From assembly GCA_038087875.1 (NCBI GenBank), contig CM075990.1, positions 7,752,001-7,816,000 of the forward strand: 64,000 nt of DNA, in the 5' to 3' direction. A program made the translations under genes and the position numbers. Under the pieces are notes generated by a model that saw only the letters and a list, made by a program, of their open reading frames with translations, was not told where the DNA came from and did no database searches. Positions 1 through 13,925 of this stretch are shown here, piece after piece. Source of the DNA: Malacoraja senta. Its lineage: Eukaryota. Numbering within the stretch: the stretch's first letter is position 1; every line of letters begins with the position of its first letter.

Positions 1-220
1 TGGGTACAGAGTTTGTACAGAGTTTGTACATTCTCCCTGTGACCGCGTGGGTTTTTCCTGGGTGAACCGGTTCCCTCCCACACCTAAAGGTGTGCGGGTT
101 TGTAGGTTAATTGTCCCCAGTGCGTAGGATAGAACTAGTGTACGGGTGCTCTCTGCCTGGGCGGACCCGGTGGGCCGAAGGGCCTGTTTCCATGCTGTAT
201 CTCCAAACTAAACCAAACTA
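1..220 (+). mobile_element. V-SINE/HE1-type SINE, 5'-truncated
   Basis: V-domain (GAGTTTGTACATTCTCCCTGTGACCGCGTGGGTTT) and CR1-like tail GGGCCGAAGGGCCTGTTTCC..CTAAAC. Confidence 0.75.
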
Positions 221-796
221 GATCTTCGGTAAGCGTGCTCAGTATCGGCAGTTGTGGAAGATCTAACTCCCTCCGAATTGAGCTTACAAATCATCAGTCA
301 GAGATAAAAGGAATCCTGTCTGCCTTTCCTTCTCTGTTGATTGTTACTTTGTTATTCCAGAGACCCCTAATGATACCATTTGTCTTCACTGCGATGTCTG
401 CCAATGGTTCAAACAGAACTCATCAATGATGCCTTCCTCCCTACTGCCTATAGTCTTGCAGTCCCATTAACTAGCAACTGACATGTGGATCAAAATACTC
501 TCGACAACGTTTATATCTTCATTAGTACTTGAGTTACTTAAGCATTCATGCAAACCACTGACTTCTAATAACTTCACCTTAGATTGGCTGTTCCACCTTA
601 TCACCTTATACTGAGTCACAAGTCTCGAGGCGTAGACTCAAGCGCGACTCATGTGAATGCATTGGCCAGATTCACTCTGTTATAAGGGGTTAGTTCTACA
701 AGCTCAGAGCCCTCGTTCTTGCAATGGTTTGGAAGGGCCAACAAAATCAGCCAGTTATATCAGCCAACATCCTGGACTGCCTTCTTTTATATCATA

Positions 797-1310
797 GGTG
801 AAAGGGAAAAGATTTAATAGGAATCTGAGGGGTAAGGCCTGTCCCACTTGGGCGTTATTTGTGCGTCGTTTACGCGACAGCATTTACGCGTCACGACGCA
901 CGCGTAATGCGCACATGGTATGCATTACGCGCGCATGGCGTGCATTATGCGCGCATGGTGTGTGGTGAGACGTGGTGGCGTAGGCAGTGACGCGCGGTTG
1001 CGCGCGGCGCCCCAGGATTTGAGGATTCTCAAAATCCTCGCACGCCACCTGCGTGACGCCCAAGTGGGACAGGCCTGTAACTATTTCACACAAAGGGTGA
1101 TGTGTTTATGGAACAAGCTGCCAGAGGAGGTAGTTGAGGCAGGAACTATCCCAACGTTTAAGAAGCAGTTAGACAGGTTAATGGACAGGACAGATTTGGA
1201 GGGATATGGACCAAATGCTGGCGGGTGGGACTAGTGTAGCTGGGACATGTTGGCCAGTGTGGGCAGGTTGGGCCGAAGGGCCTGTTTTCACACTGTATCA
1301 CTCTATTATT
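797..1310 (+). mobile_element. CR1-type LINE 3' fragment interrupted by a MITE
   Basis: FTQRV..LWNKLPEEVVEAGTI..FKKQLD RT C-terminus plus tail; same sequence as the uninterrupted copy near 7100-7340. Confidence 0.85.
835..1076. mobile_element. Non-autonomous Harbinger/PIF-type DNA transposon (MITE)
   Basis: TIR AGGCCTGTCCCACTTGGGCGT / ACGCCCAAGTGGGACAGGCCT; 3-bp TSD GTA (832-834, 1077-1079). Removing it restores the CR1 sequence GAGGGGTAACT. Confidence 0.85.
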
Positions 1311-1822
1311 ATTTTCTTTCAATTTTCTAAAGGAAGACCAAGATACAAACTGCTGGAGTAACTCAGTGGGCCGGGCAGCATCCATCAATGTTTTGTACAG
1401 TCACCTTACACCTGCACTCAGTGCCCTGACCAATGCACCCGATGAAACCCAGGCAGTCACAGCGAGAACGTGCAAACCTCACACAGACAGCACTCGGGGT
1501 CAGGATCGAACCCGTGTCTCCGGCGGCTGTGAGGCGGCAGCTCCACCAACTGCGCCACTGTGCCGCCCTTTGGTTCCGACAGTCTCTTTAGTCCTTCCCC
1601 CACTCTTTTGCTTCTGAGGGAAAGAATGATCAGAGTAGACTTGATGGGCCGAATGGCCTAATACTGCTCCTATAACATGAACCTCTAATCTTCTGTGTGT
1701 CAGCTGCAGGTCGTGCGTTCACAAGGACAGGTCAGGCATTCACTTTCAGGTGAATCTTGGCTTTCCTCATCAATTGCTTCCAAGTTGTTGGATTTAGTTG
1801 TCAAGTCGTGGTGGTGGAGACA

Positions 1823-2665
1823 GTTTTTTTTTTTTTTTTTTAATTTAATTTTTTATTTATTAGAAGTACATTACATTACAACCACATACATTAGTACTCG
1901 TCATTTATATCTTCTTACAATTAATGTACTCCATTTGTTTTTTACACTAGAAAAGGAAAGGATGAGATTGAAAGAAAGAAGAAAGTGAAGGAAAAAGTGA
2001 GAGTGTAGAAAATGTGACAACAGGAAAGAACGAAGACCCTATAACAACAAAATTAAAAACAAAAGAAAAAGAGTTAAGAAATAGACCCTAGAAAAGAAGG
2101 AGAAAGAGAAAGAGGAAAAAGAGAGAAACAAATATTTTTTATGAGCATTACGCAAATGGGACATACCAACTCTTCAACTATCATCCCCCCTTACCTGACC
2201 TCAATTTTTTTAAGGTACCTTTGCACCCTATATTTGTAATAATTCTATAAATGCAGACCACGTCAGGTGGAAGTGATCTGGTTTACCTGCCAGGAGGAGT
2301 CTTATCTCTTCTAGGTGTAATGTTTCGAACATATTTGAAATCCACATGTTTATAGTTGGTATTGGAGCCTTCTTCCAAAATTTTAGGATTCGCTTTTTTC
2401 CAGTTATGAACCCGTAGCCTATTAGTTTCTTTGAAACACATTTAGTTCTGGACCATCTGCCGTTGTTCCGAAGATAATCCATTCTGCTTTGGGTATCAGT
2501 CTTATTTTAAATAGTTTTGTAAAGATTTCGAAAATTTCATTCCAAAATTTTTTGAATTTTTGTACAGAAAACAAATGAATGCGTTATGGTAGCTTCTTGG
2601 GATTGACATTTATCACAAATGGATGATACATTTGGGAAAATTTTATGGATTTTAGTTTTGGAATT
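1823..2665 (-). mobile_element. L1-clade LINE 3' end (ORF2 C-terminus, 3' UTR, poly-A)
   Basis: Minus strand reads CDKCQSQEATITHSFVFC (CCHC knuckle) and ..ILKFWKKAPIPTINMWISNM..; T-run at 1823-1841. Confidence 0.8.
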
Positions 2666-2969
2666 AGTTTAATGATGCTCTCATTTTCTCCCCAATCTAC
2701 CTTTATGTTCACCAAACCGCTCTGGTCAGACAAAATGGATGATTAATCAGGAACTATCAAGATGAAGCAGCTTTACCTCAGTTCCACGCCTGTTCCGACA
2801 TTATCCATTCTGCAGTAAAGATGCAGGAGGACAGATCACACCTTGTGCCTCAGCGAAACATCTTCATCTGCTCCTGATCACACATCGCCAGTCCTGCAGC
2901 ATCTGTGTGTCACACTCCATTGACATGCTCCTTCCTCCTCCGTGCACCGATGTATCAGGAAAGATTGTG

Positions 2970-3195
2970 CCGGAAGGAACTGCAGATGCTGGTTTACACC
3001 GACGAGAGACACAAAATGCAGGAGTAACTCAGCGGGACAGGCAGCATCTCTGGAGAGAAGGAATGGATTCGTGTCTTTTCGGGTCGAGACCCTTCTTCTT
3101 CGTCTGAAGAAGCGTCTTAACCCGAAACGTCACCCATTCCTTCTATCCAGAGATGCTGCCTGTCCCGCTGAGTTACTCCACCATTTTGTGTCCAT
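2970..3195. mobile_element. Penelope-derived inverted-repeat (hairpin) insertion with a degenerate hammerhead core
   Basis: The arms are reverse complements (..GAGTAACTCAGCGGGACAGGCAGCATCTCTGG / CCAGAGATGCTGCCTGTCCCGCTGAGTTACTC); imperfect TSD ATCA(G/A)GAAAGATT. Confidence 0.75.
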
Positions 3196-3764
3196 CAAGA
3201 AAGATTCATTAACTGGGAGCTAAGGGCACAAAACCATCATGGTCAGTGTTCTTCACTCAGTTTCTTTGTTGGCCCTTCCAAACGTCACGGATTTAATTTT
3301 GTTCTCGAGCAAACTGCTGGCAGGTCTCCTGTAATATCACAATCACGGCAAACAGCACGTCAGCCTTCACTCACGAACGCTGCCGCAATATAACATTTCC
3401 CTTCAGGTAGTTCTGCACTTCTCCAAACACCATAAAGAACCAGACCTTGTTTTTATTAAGTAAAAGCAAAAACTGCATATGCTGGTCGATACACAAAAGG
3501 ACACAGAGTGCCTGGCGTAACTCAGCGGTCAGACAGCCTGGCTTGCTGAGTCATTCCAGCGCTTTGTGTCCCTGTTTCATTAACACTGGATTGCTTGGCT
3601 GTGTGGAAAATCTATTGCCGATTTGACTGCTTCCTCCATTACCCATGGATTATGGCGTTCTCTCCCGTACATCAGTGGATATTTTAATGTCGATACAAGG
3701 GACTGCAGATGCTGGTTTACAAACAAAGGCAGAGAGTGCTGGAATAACTCAGAGGGTCAGGCAC

Positions 3765-4185
3765 AGGCACGGAAATCGCTATCAAAAACATGGGGGACAC
3801 ACAATTTCTTGGCGGCCGCCCGCGCGCATGCGCACACACATGCGCGAGGCTTCGGCCGTGGGCCCTGTGGACGGTAACATCGGGAGATGACCTGTTTGGT
3901 GATCGACTTCGAACTCCAGCAACAACAGCTTCGTCCGCCCCGAATCGTGGGGCTTGAATCGGCCAGCATCAACATCAGGAGCTTCGATCGCATCAATCGC
4001 CTCGACGCAGCAGTTTGATTTTAAGCCGCGGCGGGCGCTGAAAGGCCCCACGAACGGGCCGATTCAGCCCTTAGAAAGCGTCTGATAAAATCCGGATTAC
4101 AAAACATAGGGGGGATTGTCCCCCATCTCTCAAAACATGGGGGGGGGATTGTGTCCCCCCTGTAACCCCACCCCCCCCATGTGGC
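3765..4185. mobile_element. CpG-rich putative non-autonomous DNA transposon (hAT-like start)
   Basis: Begins CAGGCACGGAAATC, has subterminal GGGGGACACA / TGTGTCCCCC inverted motifs, and truncates a Penelope-type repeat. Right TIR and TSD not resolved. Confidence 0.4.
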
Positions 4186-5034
4186 CATTTTGGACCGAGA
4201 TGAGGAAACTTATGCCCAAGGTGTTCAGAAATCCATCTCAAAACTGCCACCTAGTCTATAGTTTCATCTCTATTCATGTGCACCTTCCTATGGGACTGAG
4301 ATGGGACACATACTGTCTAGCTGTCGTAACCACGTCTCGTCTGCAAGCTGTGCTGAAGCCAGTCAGATTGTTATCAACTTCAATTGTCTTCATACCTGGA
4401 GACATCAGCGGAATGGACAATTTCTTCCCTTCTGCGTTTTACTTGCAGCAAGAAAGATTAATTCTTGCTATTTTCTCAAATCCGCAATACAGTCGAATGA
4501 TTGGAAGAGTGGAGGCCTCGACTGGGGCACTGTGCTGCCCACCATTAGCCCCACCACAAAGGACTAAATGGGTGAACCCGTCCTAGTAAAGCACGGGAGA
4601 GAAGGAATGAGTGAACATTTCAGGTCAAGACCCTTCTTCAGACGCTTCTCTGAAGAAGGGTCTCTACGCAAACATCACCCATTCCTTCTCTCCCGCTGAG
4701 TTACTCCAGCATTTTGTGTCTATCTTCGGCTTAAACCAGCATCTGCAGTTCCTTCCTACACACTCAGTAAAGCTCTGTTCCTCAGGTCCAGGACAAAACC
4801 CACGAATCTCACACGACTCACAGTATTTCTAGTCAGTCGCCCTTGTTGCCATTTATCACAGACCCGGGTGCTTTTTGACGGTTGCTGCTCTTACCTGCCG
4901 AGTTGTTAATTTTGTGTTGTCATCAACCACTGGAGGAAACTGATATTCTGTTCACATCTTGTAATGGACCTGTCCCAACAAGGATTCCACAACACTCTCA
5001 AATAGCAGATTATCCATCAAACACATGTGTACAG

Positions 5035-5078
5035 ATGCACACAGATACACACATAAACACACACACACACATACACAG

Positions 5079-5113
<35 letters not shown>

Positions 5114-6580
5114 TACACACACACACACAGATACACACATAAACACACACACAGATACACACAGATACACACACACACACACACACACACACCACACACA
5201 CAGACAGATACACACATAAACACACATAAACACACACACACACATACACACACACACACACACACAACACACAGATACACACATAAACACACATTAACAC
5301 ACACACACACACAGATACACACATAAACACACACACACACACACATAAACACACACACACACACATTAACACACACACACACAGATACACACATAAACAC
5401 ACACATGCGCACACATACACAGATACACAGATACACACACACACACACACACACACAGATACACACATAAACACACATAAACACACACACACATACAACA
5501 CACACACACACACACACAGATACACACATAAACACACACACACACACACACAGATACACACACACACACACACAGATACACACATAAACACACACACACA
5601 CACACACACAGATACACACACACACACACACACACACACAGATACACACATAAACACACACACACACATACACACAGATACACACATTAACACACACACA
5701 CACACACATAAACACAAACACACACACACATTAACACACGCATACACACATTAACACACACACACACAGATACACACATAAACACACACACACACACATA
5801 AACACACAAACACACACACAGATACACACATAAACACACACACACACATACACAGATACACACATAAACACACACACACACATACACACAGATACACACA
5901 TAAACACACACACACACACACATAAACACACACACACACACATAAACACACACACACACATTAACACACACACACACACAGATACACACATAAACATACA
6001 TAAACACACACATGCGCACACATACACAGATACACACATAAACACACACACACACACACATAAACACACACATAACACACACACAAATGTGAATGAGCGC
6101 ACATACACACAGGTGCACACACACACCATTCTCAGACACTATCTCACACACAGTGCACACACACACGCACACGCATGCCTGCGCACAAAGACATACACAT
6201 ATGCATGTACGCCCGTACACGCACACACCCAATCTCAGACACCATGACATACAAACACACACAGACACACACATACACATCTGCGCCCACACACGCAGAC
6301 ACACCCACACGCGCACGCACACACCCACATGCACGCAAGCACACACCCACATGCACGCAAGCACACACCCACATGCACGCACGCACACACACATGCATGC
6401 ATGCACACACACATTCACAGACACACATACACACACACATTCACAGACACACACACACACACACACACACACACATTCACACACACACACATTCACAGAC
6501 ACACATTCACACACACACATACATTCTCACACACACACACCATTCTCAGACACCAGCTCCTGCATCACACTCTCACACAC
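5035..6580. repeat. Compound (CA)n microsatellite
   Basis: About 1.5 kb of CA with ACAGAT/ACATAA interruptions. Confidence 0.95.
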
Positions 6581-6829
6581 ATAAAGCTGGGCCAAGTCAG
6601 AGGTATTTTCACTCCCTCTGTGGAATAGCAGTGATGTGCAGCAAAGGCCAGGCTTATCCAACTCAACACCACAAGTCTGCAGAGTTCTGATTGTCTGACT
6701 CCAAGTCAGTCCTGGGGAGGATTTGGTTAGTGGAGCTGCCTGGTTAACACAGATGAACAGGGAACTCCCTGCCCTCTCCCCCACTAAGCTGCAGGCTCTC
6801 TGCACCAGGTCTGCCCGGCCTACTTTATT

Positions 6830-7345
6830 GTGGTCAGTTCTGGACACCATGTTAGAGGAATGAAGTAGTCAAGCTGGAAATGATACAGAGAAGATTTAAA
6901 GGATGTTGCCAGGACTAGAGGGTGTGAGCTATAGGGAGAGGTTGAGTAGGCTGAGACTGTATTCCTTGAAGCGCAAGCGGATGAGGGGTGATCTTATAGA
7001 GGTGTACAAAATCATGAGAGGAATAGATCTGGTAGATGCACAGATTCTCTTGCCTAGAGTATGGGGGAATCGAGGACCAGAGGACATAGGTTTAAGGGGA
7101 AGGGGAAAAGATTTAATAGGAATCTGAGGGGTAACTTTTTCACACAAAGGGTGGTGGGTGTATAGAACAAGCTGCCAGAGGAGGTAGTTGAGGCAGGGAC
7201 TATCCCAACATGTAAGGAACAGTTACACAGGTACATGGATAGGACAGGTTTGGACCAAACGCAGGCAGGTGGGACTAGTGTAGATGGGACATGTTGGCCG
7301 GTGTGGGCAAGTTGGGCCGAAGGGCCTGTTTCCACGCTGTATCGC
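6830..7345 (+). mobile_element. CR1-type LINE 3' end
   Basis: MLPGLEGVSYRERLSRLRLYSL..RMRGDLIEVYKIMRG motif plus 3' tail. Confidence 0.9.
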
Positions 7346-7944
7346 TCTGCACTCAGGTCTAGTACAATGCAGGGTGGAGCTGTGTGTGGCAATGATTGGT
7401 GCAGTGGGCCCACAGAGATGCATCTCCTCATCCAGTACCTACAGTCAACATTCAGTTTTGTGACAAATAACACTTGAAAACTATGACGGTAAATGCATGA
7501 TTGTAAAAAATAAAATAAATATGTCAATTACAACACCATCTTACGAATTAAACACACTTCTGCTCGTTGAATTCCTAATGAAAGCCTTGTCACAGACGGC
7601 TGTGGAAGCCAAGTCAATGGATATTTTTAAGGCAGATAGATAGATTCTTGATTAGTACGGGAGTCAGGGGTTATGGGGAGAAGGCAGGAGAATGGGGTTG
7701 GGAGGGAGAGATAGAACAGCCATCATTGAATAGCGGAGTAGACTTGATGGGCCGAATGGTCTAATTCTGCTCCTATTCCTTATGATCTTATGGCCTTATG
7801 TCCTCCATGTCTAGAGGATTACAAATGAGGTAATCTTGTGGTAAAATGAAAAAGTGGACTGGAGAAAACAGTGTCTCTGTAATTATGCAGAAAACTCTCA
7901 GGCAACTGTCAACCACAGGAAGTTATGATGCTGATTGCTGACAT

Positions 7945-8575
<631 letters not shown>

Positions 8576-8613
8576 TCTTTCTTCCCCCCTCTCCCTGAAT
8601 TACCCCAACGCAG

Positions 8614-8640
8614 CAGAACATCTCGGAATAGAATTTATGG
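8614..8640 (+). CDS. NRG3: NRG3-like stalk microexon, (x)EHLGIEFM, 27 nt (24 nt from the second acceptor, exon start 8617)
   Basis: ccaacgCAG|CAG|AACATCTCGGAATAGAATTTATGG|gtatgg. HLGIEFM is the NRG1-beta1/NRG3 juxtamembrane motif. Ends in phase 1, matching the next exon. Confidence 0.88.
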
Positions 8641-8914
8641 GTATGGCCATTCAGTTTTGCTTCTCCTCTCTTGTCGTGCGTGTCAGCCTGCCTATATGTC
8701 GGGTTCTATCTTTGTGCCGTGATATGTTTTATCTGTGTTATGATCCGAGTTCCTGCTTCTCTGTGTCTGCTCGCTGTGTCTCTGTTTCCGCCTGATCTCT
8801 GCCTTCGCTTGGTCTGGCTTGTGTACTCGCCAGTGTGCGCCTCACTATGTGCCTGCCCCTCTGCCTGTGCCCAGAAGCCACGCCCAGCCCATCACACACA
8901 CCAACCTCACTCCC

Positions 8915-9078
8915 ATTGAAGGTCTGATCAGAAATGATGTGTGAGATTATGGCCTGGTACTCATCCGTGGGGTCATGGTCCAAGGAAGAAGGTTCTCGAC
9001 CCGAAAATGTCGCCCATTCCTTCTCTCCAGAGATGCTGCCTGTCCCGCTGAGTTACTCCAGCAGTTTGTGTCTATCCC
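8915..9078. mobile_element. Penelope-like element fragment: ORF piece (-) abutting an oppositely oriented terminal repeat (+)
   Basis: Minus strand SLDHDPTDEYQAIISHIISD resembles the pre-RT region of Penelope ORFs (recalled). It is joined directly to GAAGAAGGTTCTCGACCCGAAAATGTC... Confidence 0.65.
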
Positions 9079-9080
9079 CC

Positions 9081-9510
9081 TTCCATTGACTCCATCTATA
9101 CCTCACACTGCCTCGGCAAGGCCAGCAGCATAATCAAGGACAAGTCGCATCCTTGCCACCCTCTTCTCCCCTCTCCCTTCAGGAAAAGGTATAGAAGTGT
9201 GAAAACGCACACCTCCGGATTCAGGGACAGTTTCTTCCCAGCTGTTATCAAGCACCTGAACCATCCTACCATGATTAGAGAGCGGTCCTGAACTGCTGTC
9301 TATCTTATTAGAGACCCTCCGACTATCTTTAATCGGACTTTATTAGCTTTATCTTGCACTAAACATTATTCACGTTATTCCCTTTACCATGCACTGTGGA
9401 CGGCTCAATTGTAATCATGTATTGTCTTTCCGCTGACTGATAGCAGGCAACAAAAGCTTTTCACTGTACCTCGGTACACGTGACAATAAACTAAACTAAA
9501 TTAAGCTAAA
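9081..9510 (+). mobile_element. Rex1/Babar-type LINE 3' end
   Basis: SIDSIYTSHCLGKASSIIKD..HP...GKRYRS...RFRDSFFPAVI motif (with frameshifts); tail CAATAAACTAAACTAAA. Confidence 0.75.
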
Positions 9511-9514
9511 CATC

Positions 9515-9548
9515 GGTCTGAAGAAGGGTCTCGACCCGAAATGTCACT
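9515..9548 (+). ncRNA. Minimal hammerhead ribozyme motif in a Penelope-type repeat
   Basis: GGT-CTGAAGA-A-GGGTC TC GACCC-GAAA-TGTC-ACT: CUGANGA box, stem II, GAAA box, GUC cleavage triplet. Confidence 0.6.
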
Positions 9549-10674
9549 CATTCCTTCTTTCCAGAGATGCTGCCTGTCCCGCTGAGTTACTCCGGCCTTT
9601 TGTGTCTATCTTCATCTTAAACTCAACATTAGTTGCATGTGGCCAATACATGTGGCCCCAGCTGTCTGGTTACTAGTTGCAAATCTTACTTCTAACCGTC
9701 GGTGGGATTCCCTCTTTCTGCGTAAAATGTCCATGTGGTCACTGTTAGGTTGTTTCAGAAATGGCGGCAAATGTAAAACGTGCTGGAGGAACTCAGTGGG
9801 CCAGGCAGCATCTGCGGAGGGAAAGGACTGTTGGATGTTTTGGGTGGGGACCCTACTTCAGAAATGGCGGCAATGTGGGCCAAAGACTGAGCTGCCACAG
9901 CCCATTGATCTGGTTCAGTCCCATGTCCACACTCACACCTCACCAGTGGGACCTCAGCATGTGAGTCAGTCTGTCACAGTCATAGACTCATACAGCATGG
10001 AACCACTTTGGCCCAACTTGCCCCTGTCGACCAATGTGCCCCTTCTGCTCTAGTCCCACCTGAGTGTGTTTGACCCTGATCCCTCTAAACCTGTCCTATC
10101 TCTGTACATGCCCAAATGTGTTTTAAACACTTATAGTACCTGCCTCAACTACCTCGTCGTTCCATATGTCCACCACCCTCTGTGTAACAAAGTTGCCCTC
10201 AAGTCCCCTCATCCTCCTGTGCTCCAAGGAATAAAGTCCTAGTCTGCTAAACCGCCCCCTATAGCTCAGGCCCTCAGGTCCTGGCGATATCCTCATCAAT
10301 CTTCTCTGCCCCCTTTCAGTTGGAACATTGTACAATCCAGAACCAGGCCCTTCGGCCCACTGATCCCGTGCCGACCATCCATTTACACCATGCGCACATT
10401 CCCATCAGCACTCCCAGATGCTACCACTCACCTGTACACTGGGGGGGGGCAATTAACCTCCTAACCCGCACATCTTCTTGATGTCTGGAGCGTAAAAAGT
10501 CAACGAGTCGGCTTCTGGGTAAAACGTGCCACTCCACACAGAGAGCATTCGCGGTCAGGACTGAGGCTGAGTCGCTGGAGCTGCGAGGCAGTATCTCTAT
10601 TAGCTGCACTGCCGTGTCCTCCAACGCAGACTCCCTCTCACAGTGTTGGAAGCTGCTCACAAACACACAACTAT

Positions 10675-10973
10675 AGCCCCTGTCCCACTTTCCCGAGTTA
10701 CTCACGAATTCTCCCGAGTTTTCCCCTTGCTTCAAACTCGGGGAATGTCCGTAGGGAGTCCATAGATATTTCGTAGAAGCTCGTAATGCCAGCCGTAGGT
10801 ACTCGGGGCATCAGGTAAGTCGGGACATTTTTTCAGCATGTTGAAAAATGTCCATGAGTAAAGAAAATGGCCCCGAGTACCTACAGCTGGCTATTACCGT
10901 AATTCTCCGAGTTTGAATCAAGGGGAAAACGCGGGAGAATTCGTGAGTAACTCGGGAAAGTGGGACAGGGGCT
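10675..10973. mobile_element. Harbinger-type MITE
   Basis: About 67-bp near-perfect TIRs starting AGCCCCTGTCCCACTTTCCCGAGTTACTCACGAATTCTCCC; central TTTTCAGCATGTTGAAAA; TSD not clean. Confidence 0.8.
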
Positions 10974-11859
10974 AAAGTCCTCGCTTGATCACCACAATCT
11001 CATGCCTCTTTGAACTTGTCAAGCATCCCCAATGTGCCCAGTTCCCCATCAAAACCATCAAATATGACCTTTGACCCGTCATGTATATTATGATCCCTTT
11101 CTCATCACGGTGCCCGGTACAGCTTGTTTGTATTTTTTGGCAATGAGTCAGGAGCAAAGCAAATCCCACCCACCCACTGCCGGCTGCACTTGTGTCTATT
11201 TCCCTCGTAACTTTGGCCAACTTTCCTTCCCTCCCACACATCGCATCCCTGCCTGTGAACACAACGCAGCGTTACTCGCAAGTAGTGATTCAGTTCGGTT
11301 TAGTTTATTGTCAGTTTACAGGTACAGTGAAAAGCTTTTGTGTTGCGTTCTATCCAGTCAGCGGAAAGACAATACATGGTTACCATTGAGCCCTGATGCC
11401 AGGGGTCTGATGATTTGATGGGGTCACCAGCCAGGCTTTGGCCACTGTCTTGGTTTGGACAGCTGGATTTCCACCAGCTCTCAGCCCTACACGTATTGGG
11501 AAGTACATGCCCGAACATACTGGCCAGAACATGCATCACCCTGCCCACCACCGAACATTACCACATGCTGCATCTTGGTGGCACACACACAATCTCTGTT
11601 GCTCTGTCCTGGCAGATGATTCCTTCAGTTGATTCGTTTATCGCTTGGAACAAGCAAATAACCGCAGACTCGACATCATCAAACATTCAACTGACATCTC
11701 CACCAAATCAGAACTGAATCCTCACCTCCAGCACTGACCCACGCACTGACGCCTACGTTGGAACCCATACTAACATTGTTCTATTGTAACATGGTACTAA
11801 CATCATACTAACATTGACTCCTCAAACTGACCCCAACACACTAATTACTCCTGACACGT

Positions 11860-12897
11860 GTACACACACACCCGCACACGCACACACATGCGCACACTCA
11901 CACTCGCACACACACACACTCGCACACACACCCGCACACGCACACACGCGCACACACACACTCACACACACACACACACACACACACACCCGCACACGCA
12001 CACACGCGCACACACACACTCACACACACACACACACACACACACCCGCACACGCACACACTCGCACACACACACACACACTCGCACACGCACACAAGCC
12101 GCACACTCACACTCACACACACACACCCGCACACGCACACAAGCGCACACTCACACTCACACACACACACACACTCGCACACGCACACAAGCGCACACTC
12201 ACACTCACACTCACACACACCCACCCACACATGCGCACACACACACTCGCACACATACATTCAAACTCCCACACTCATACTCACACATGCACACACTCAC
12301 ATAAACGTACACTCACACACTTGCACACTTGTGTGCACACACCACGCCCACACTCACCCCCACTCTCTCTCTCTCTCACACTCACACATACATACACTCA
12401 CACTTGCACACTTACACACACAGTCACAGACACACTCTCCCTCACACACTGACATGCACTCGCATGCACACACTCACACACACACTCTCACTCACACACT
12501 CATACACACACACACACACTGATGCACATACACACACATACACACACATACTCACACACTTGCACACTTGTGTGCACACACCACGCCCACACTCACCCCC
12601 ACTCTCTCTCTCTCTCACACTCACACATACATACACTCACACTTGCACACTTACACACACAGTCACAGACACACTCTCCCTCACACACTCATACTCTCAC
12701 ACACACACTCACACACTGACATGCACTCGCATGCACACACTCACACACACACTCTCACTCACACACTCATACACACACACACACACTGATGCACATACAC
12801 ACACATACACACACATACTCACACACTTGCACACTTACACACTCACACACTGACGCACATGCACACACGTACATGCACACACTCACACACTGACACC

Positions 12898-12928
<31 letters not shown>

Positions 12929-12970
12929 TCTCTCTCTTTCTCTCTCACTCACTCTCTCTCTCTCTCACTG
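11860..12970. repeat. Compound CA-rich microsatellite with an internal ~239-bp duplication
   Basis: CA/CACT/CGCA repeats; block at about 12311 recurs at about 12550. Confidence 0.9.
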
Positions 12971-13554
12971 TCACTGTGAATCAAACATGTAACTGTGGTG
13001 TTTAATAGCTGACAAGATCCTGCATTGTAGAATAGCACAAAGAGAACTATTCAGCTCATTGTTTGCATTGGTCCTTCAAAGTGCAGTTCAATTAGCCCCA
13101 CTTTTGCTCTATATCGCTGTTATTTATTTCCCCAAGTATTTATCCATTCCCCTTCAGAGGCATGTATTGAATGTTTCCGTGGCCTATCATGTAATGTATT
13201 CCCAATCCCAGTCACTCGCTGCCTTCAATAATTTAATGCCCTGTTGTCTCTGTTTTTTCCCATTAATCACCTTTAACTTTTGCATAACAATCCTTCATCC
13301 ACTGGAAACATTGTTTTTATGTATGTTATCTAAACATTTCCTGATTTTGAACGCCTCAATCAAGTCTCCGTTCGAACAATCCCAGCCTCTCCAATCTCCA
13401 CAAAGCTGGTGCCTTAACTTCTGACTTTTCTCGTCAATGCTCGATTCACCCTTTCTAATGCCTTCGTGACCCTGAAGTCGGATGCCCAGAAATGGGCCAT
13501 ATAGTCCAGCTGGTGGCAAGCCAGTTTCCCAACTCCGAATTCAGTACAGAACTC

Positions 13555-13925
13555 CGTCCTGGGGGGCGGAGTTGGATTCACTGGAGGTGGTCTTTGTGGG
13601 GAGGATGCTCCTCAAACTGCGGAGAATCCTGGACAATACAGCTCACCCCCTCCATGACACACTGGTCAACCTGAGGAGCACCTTCAGCAACAGACTGGTT
13701 GCACCAAAAGATGCTGTACAGAACGCCACAGGAGATCCTTCTTCCCCATGGCTATCAAACTGTACAACTCCATTCCCTTCTGTCGTGGGGTAGACTGACT
13801 CCCCTCCCCCGCCCCCCCACCCCCCTCCCCACTAAGCACCTTAATTTTATGTTTCATCAATCTTGTCTGTTGGCAGATTCTTTTCCCTCCTGGGATAAAC
13901 AATGTTCTATCGTATCGTATATACA
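13555..13925 (+). mobile_element. Rex1/Babar-type LINE 3' fragment
   Basis: RMLLKLRRILDNTAHPLHDTLVNLRSTFSNRL; (ATCGT)n tail. Confidence 0.65.

Noticed and set aside
4952..6690. Long Cys/Val- or His/Thr-rich ORFs (also at 11814-12950, 16385-17400, 29226-30282 and 37846-38765)
   Set aside because: Translations of CA/TG microsatellites that happen to lack stop codons.
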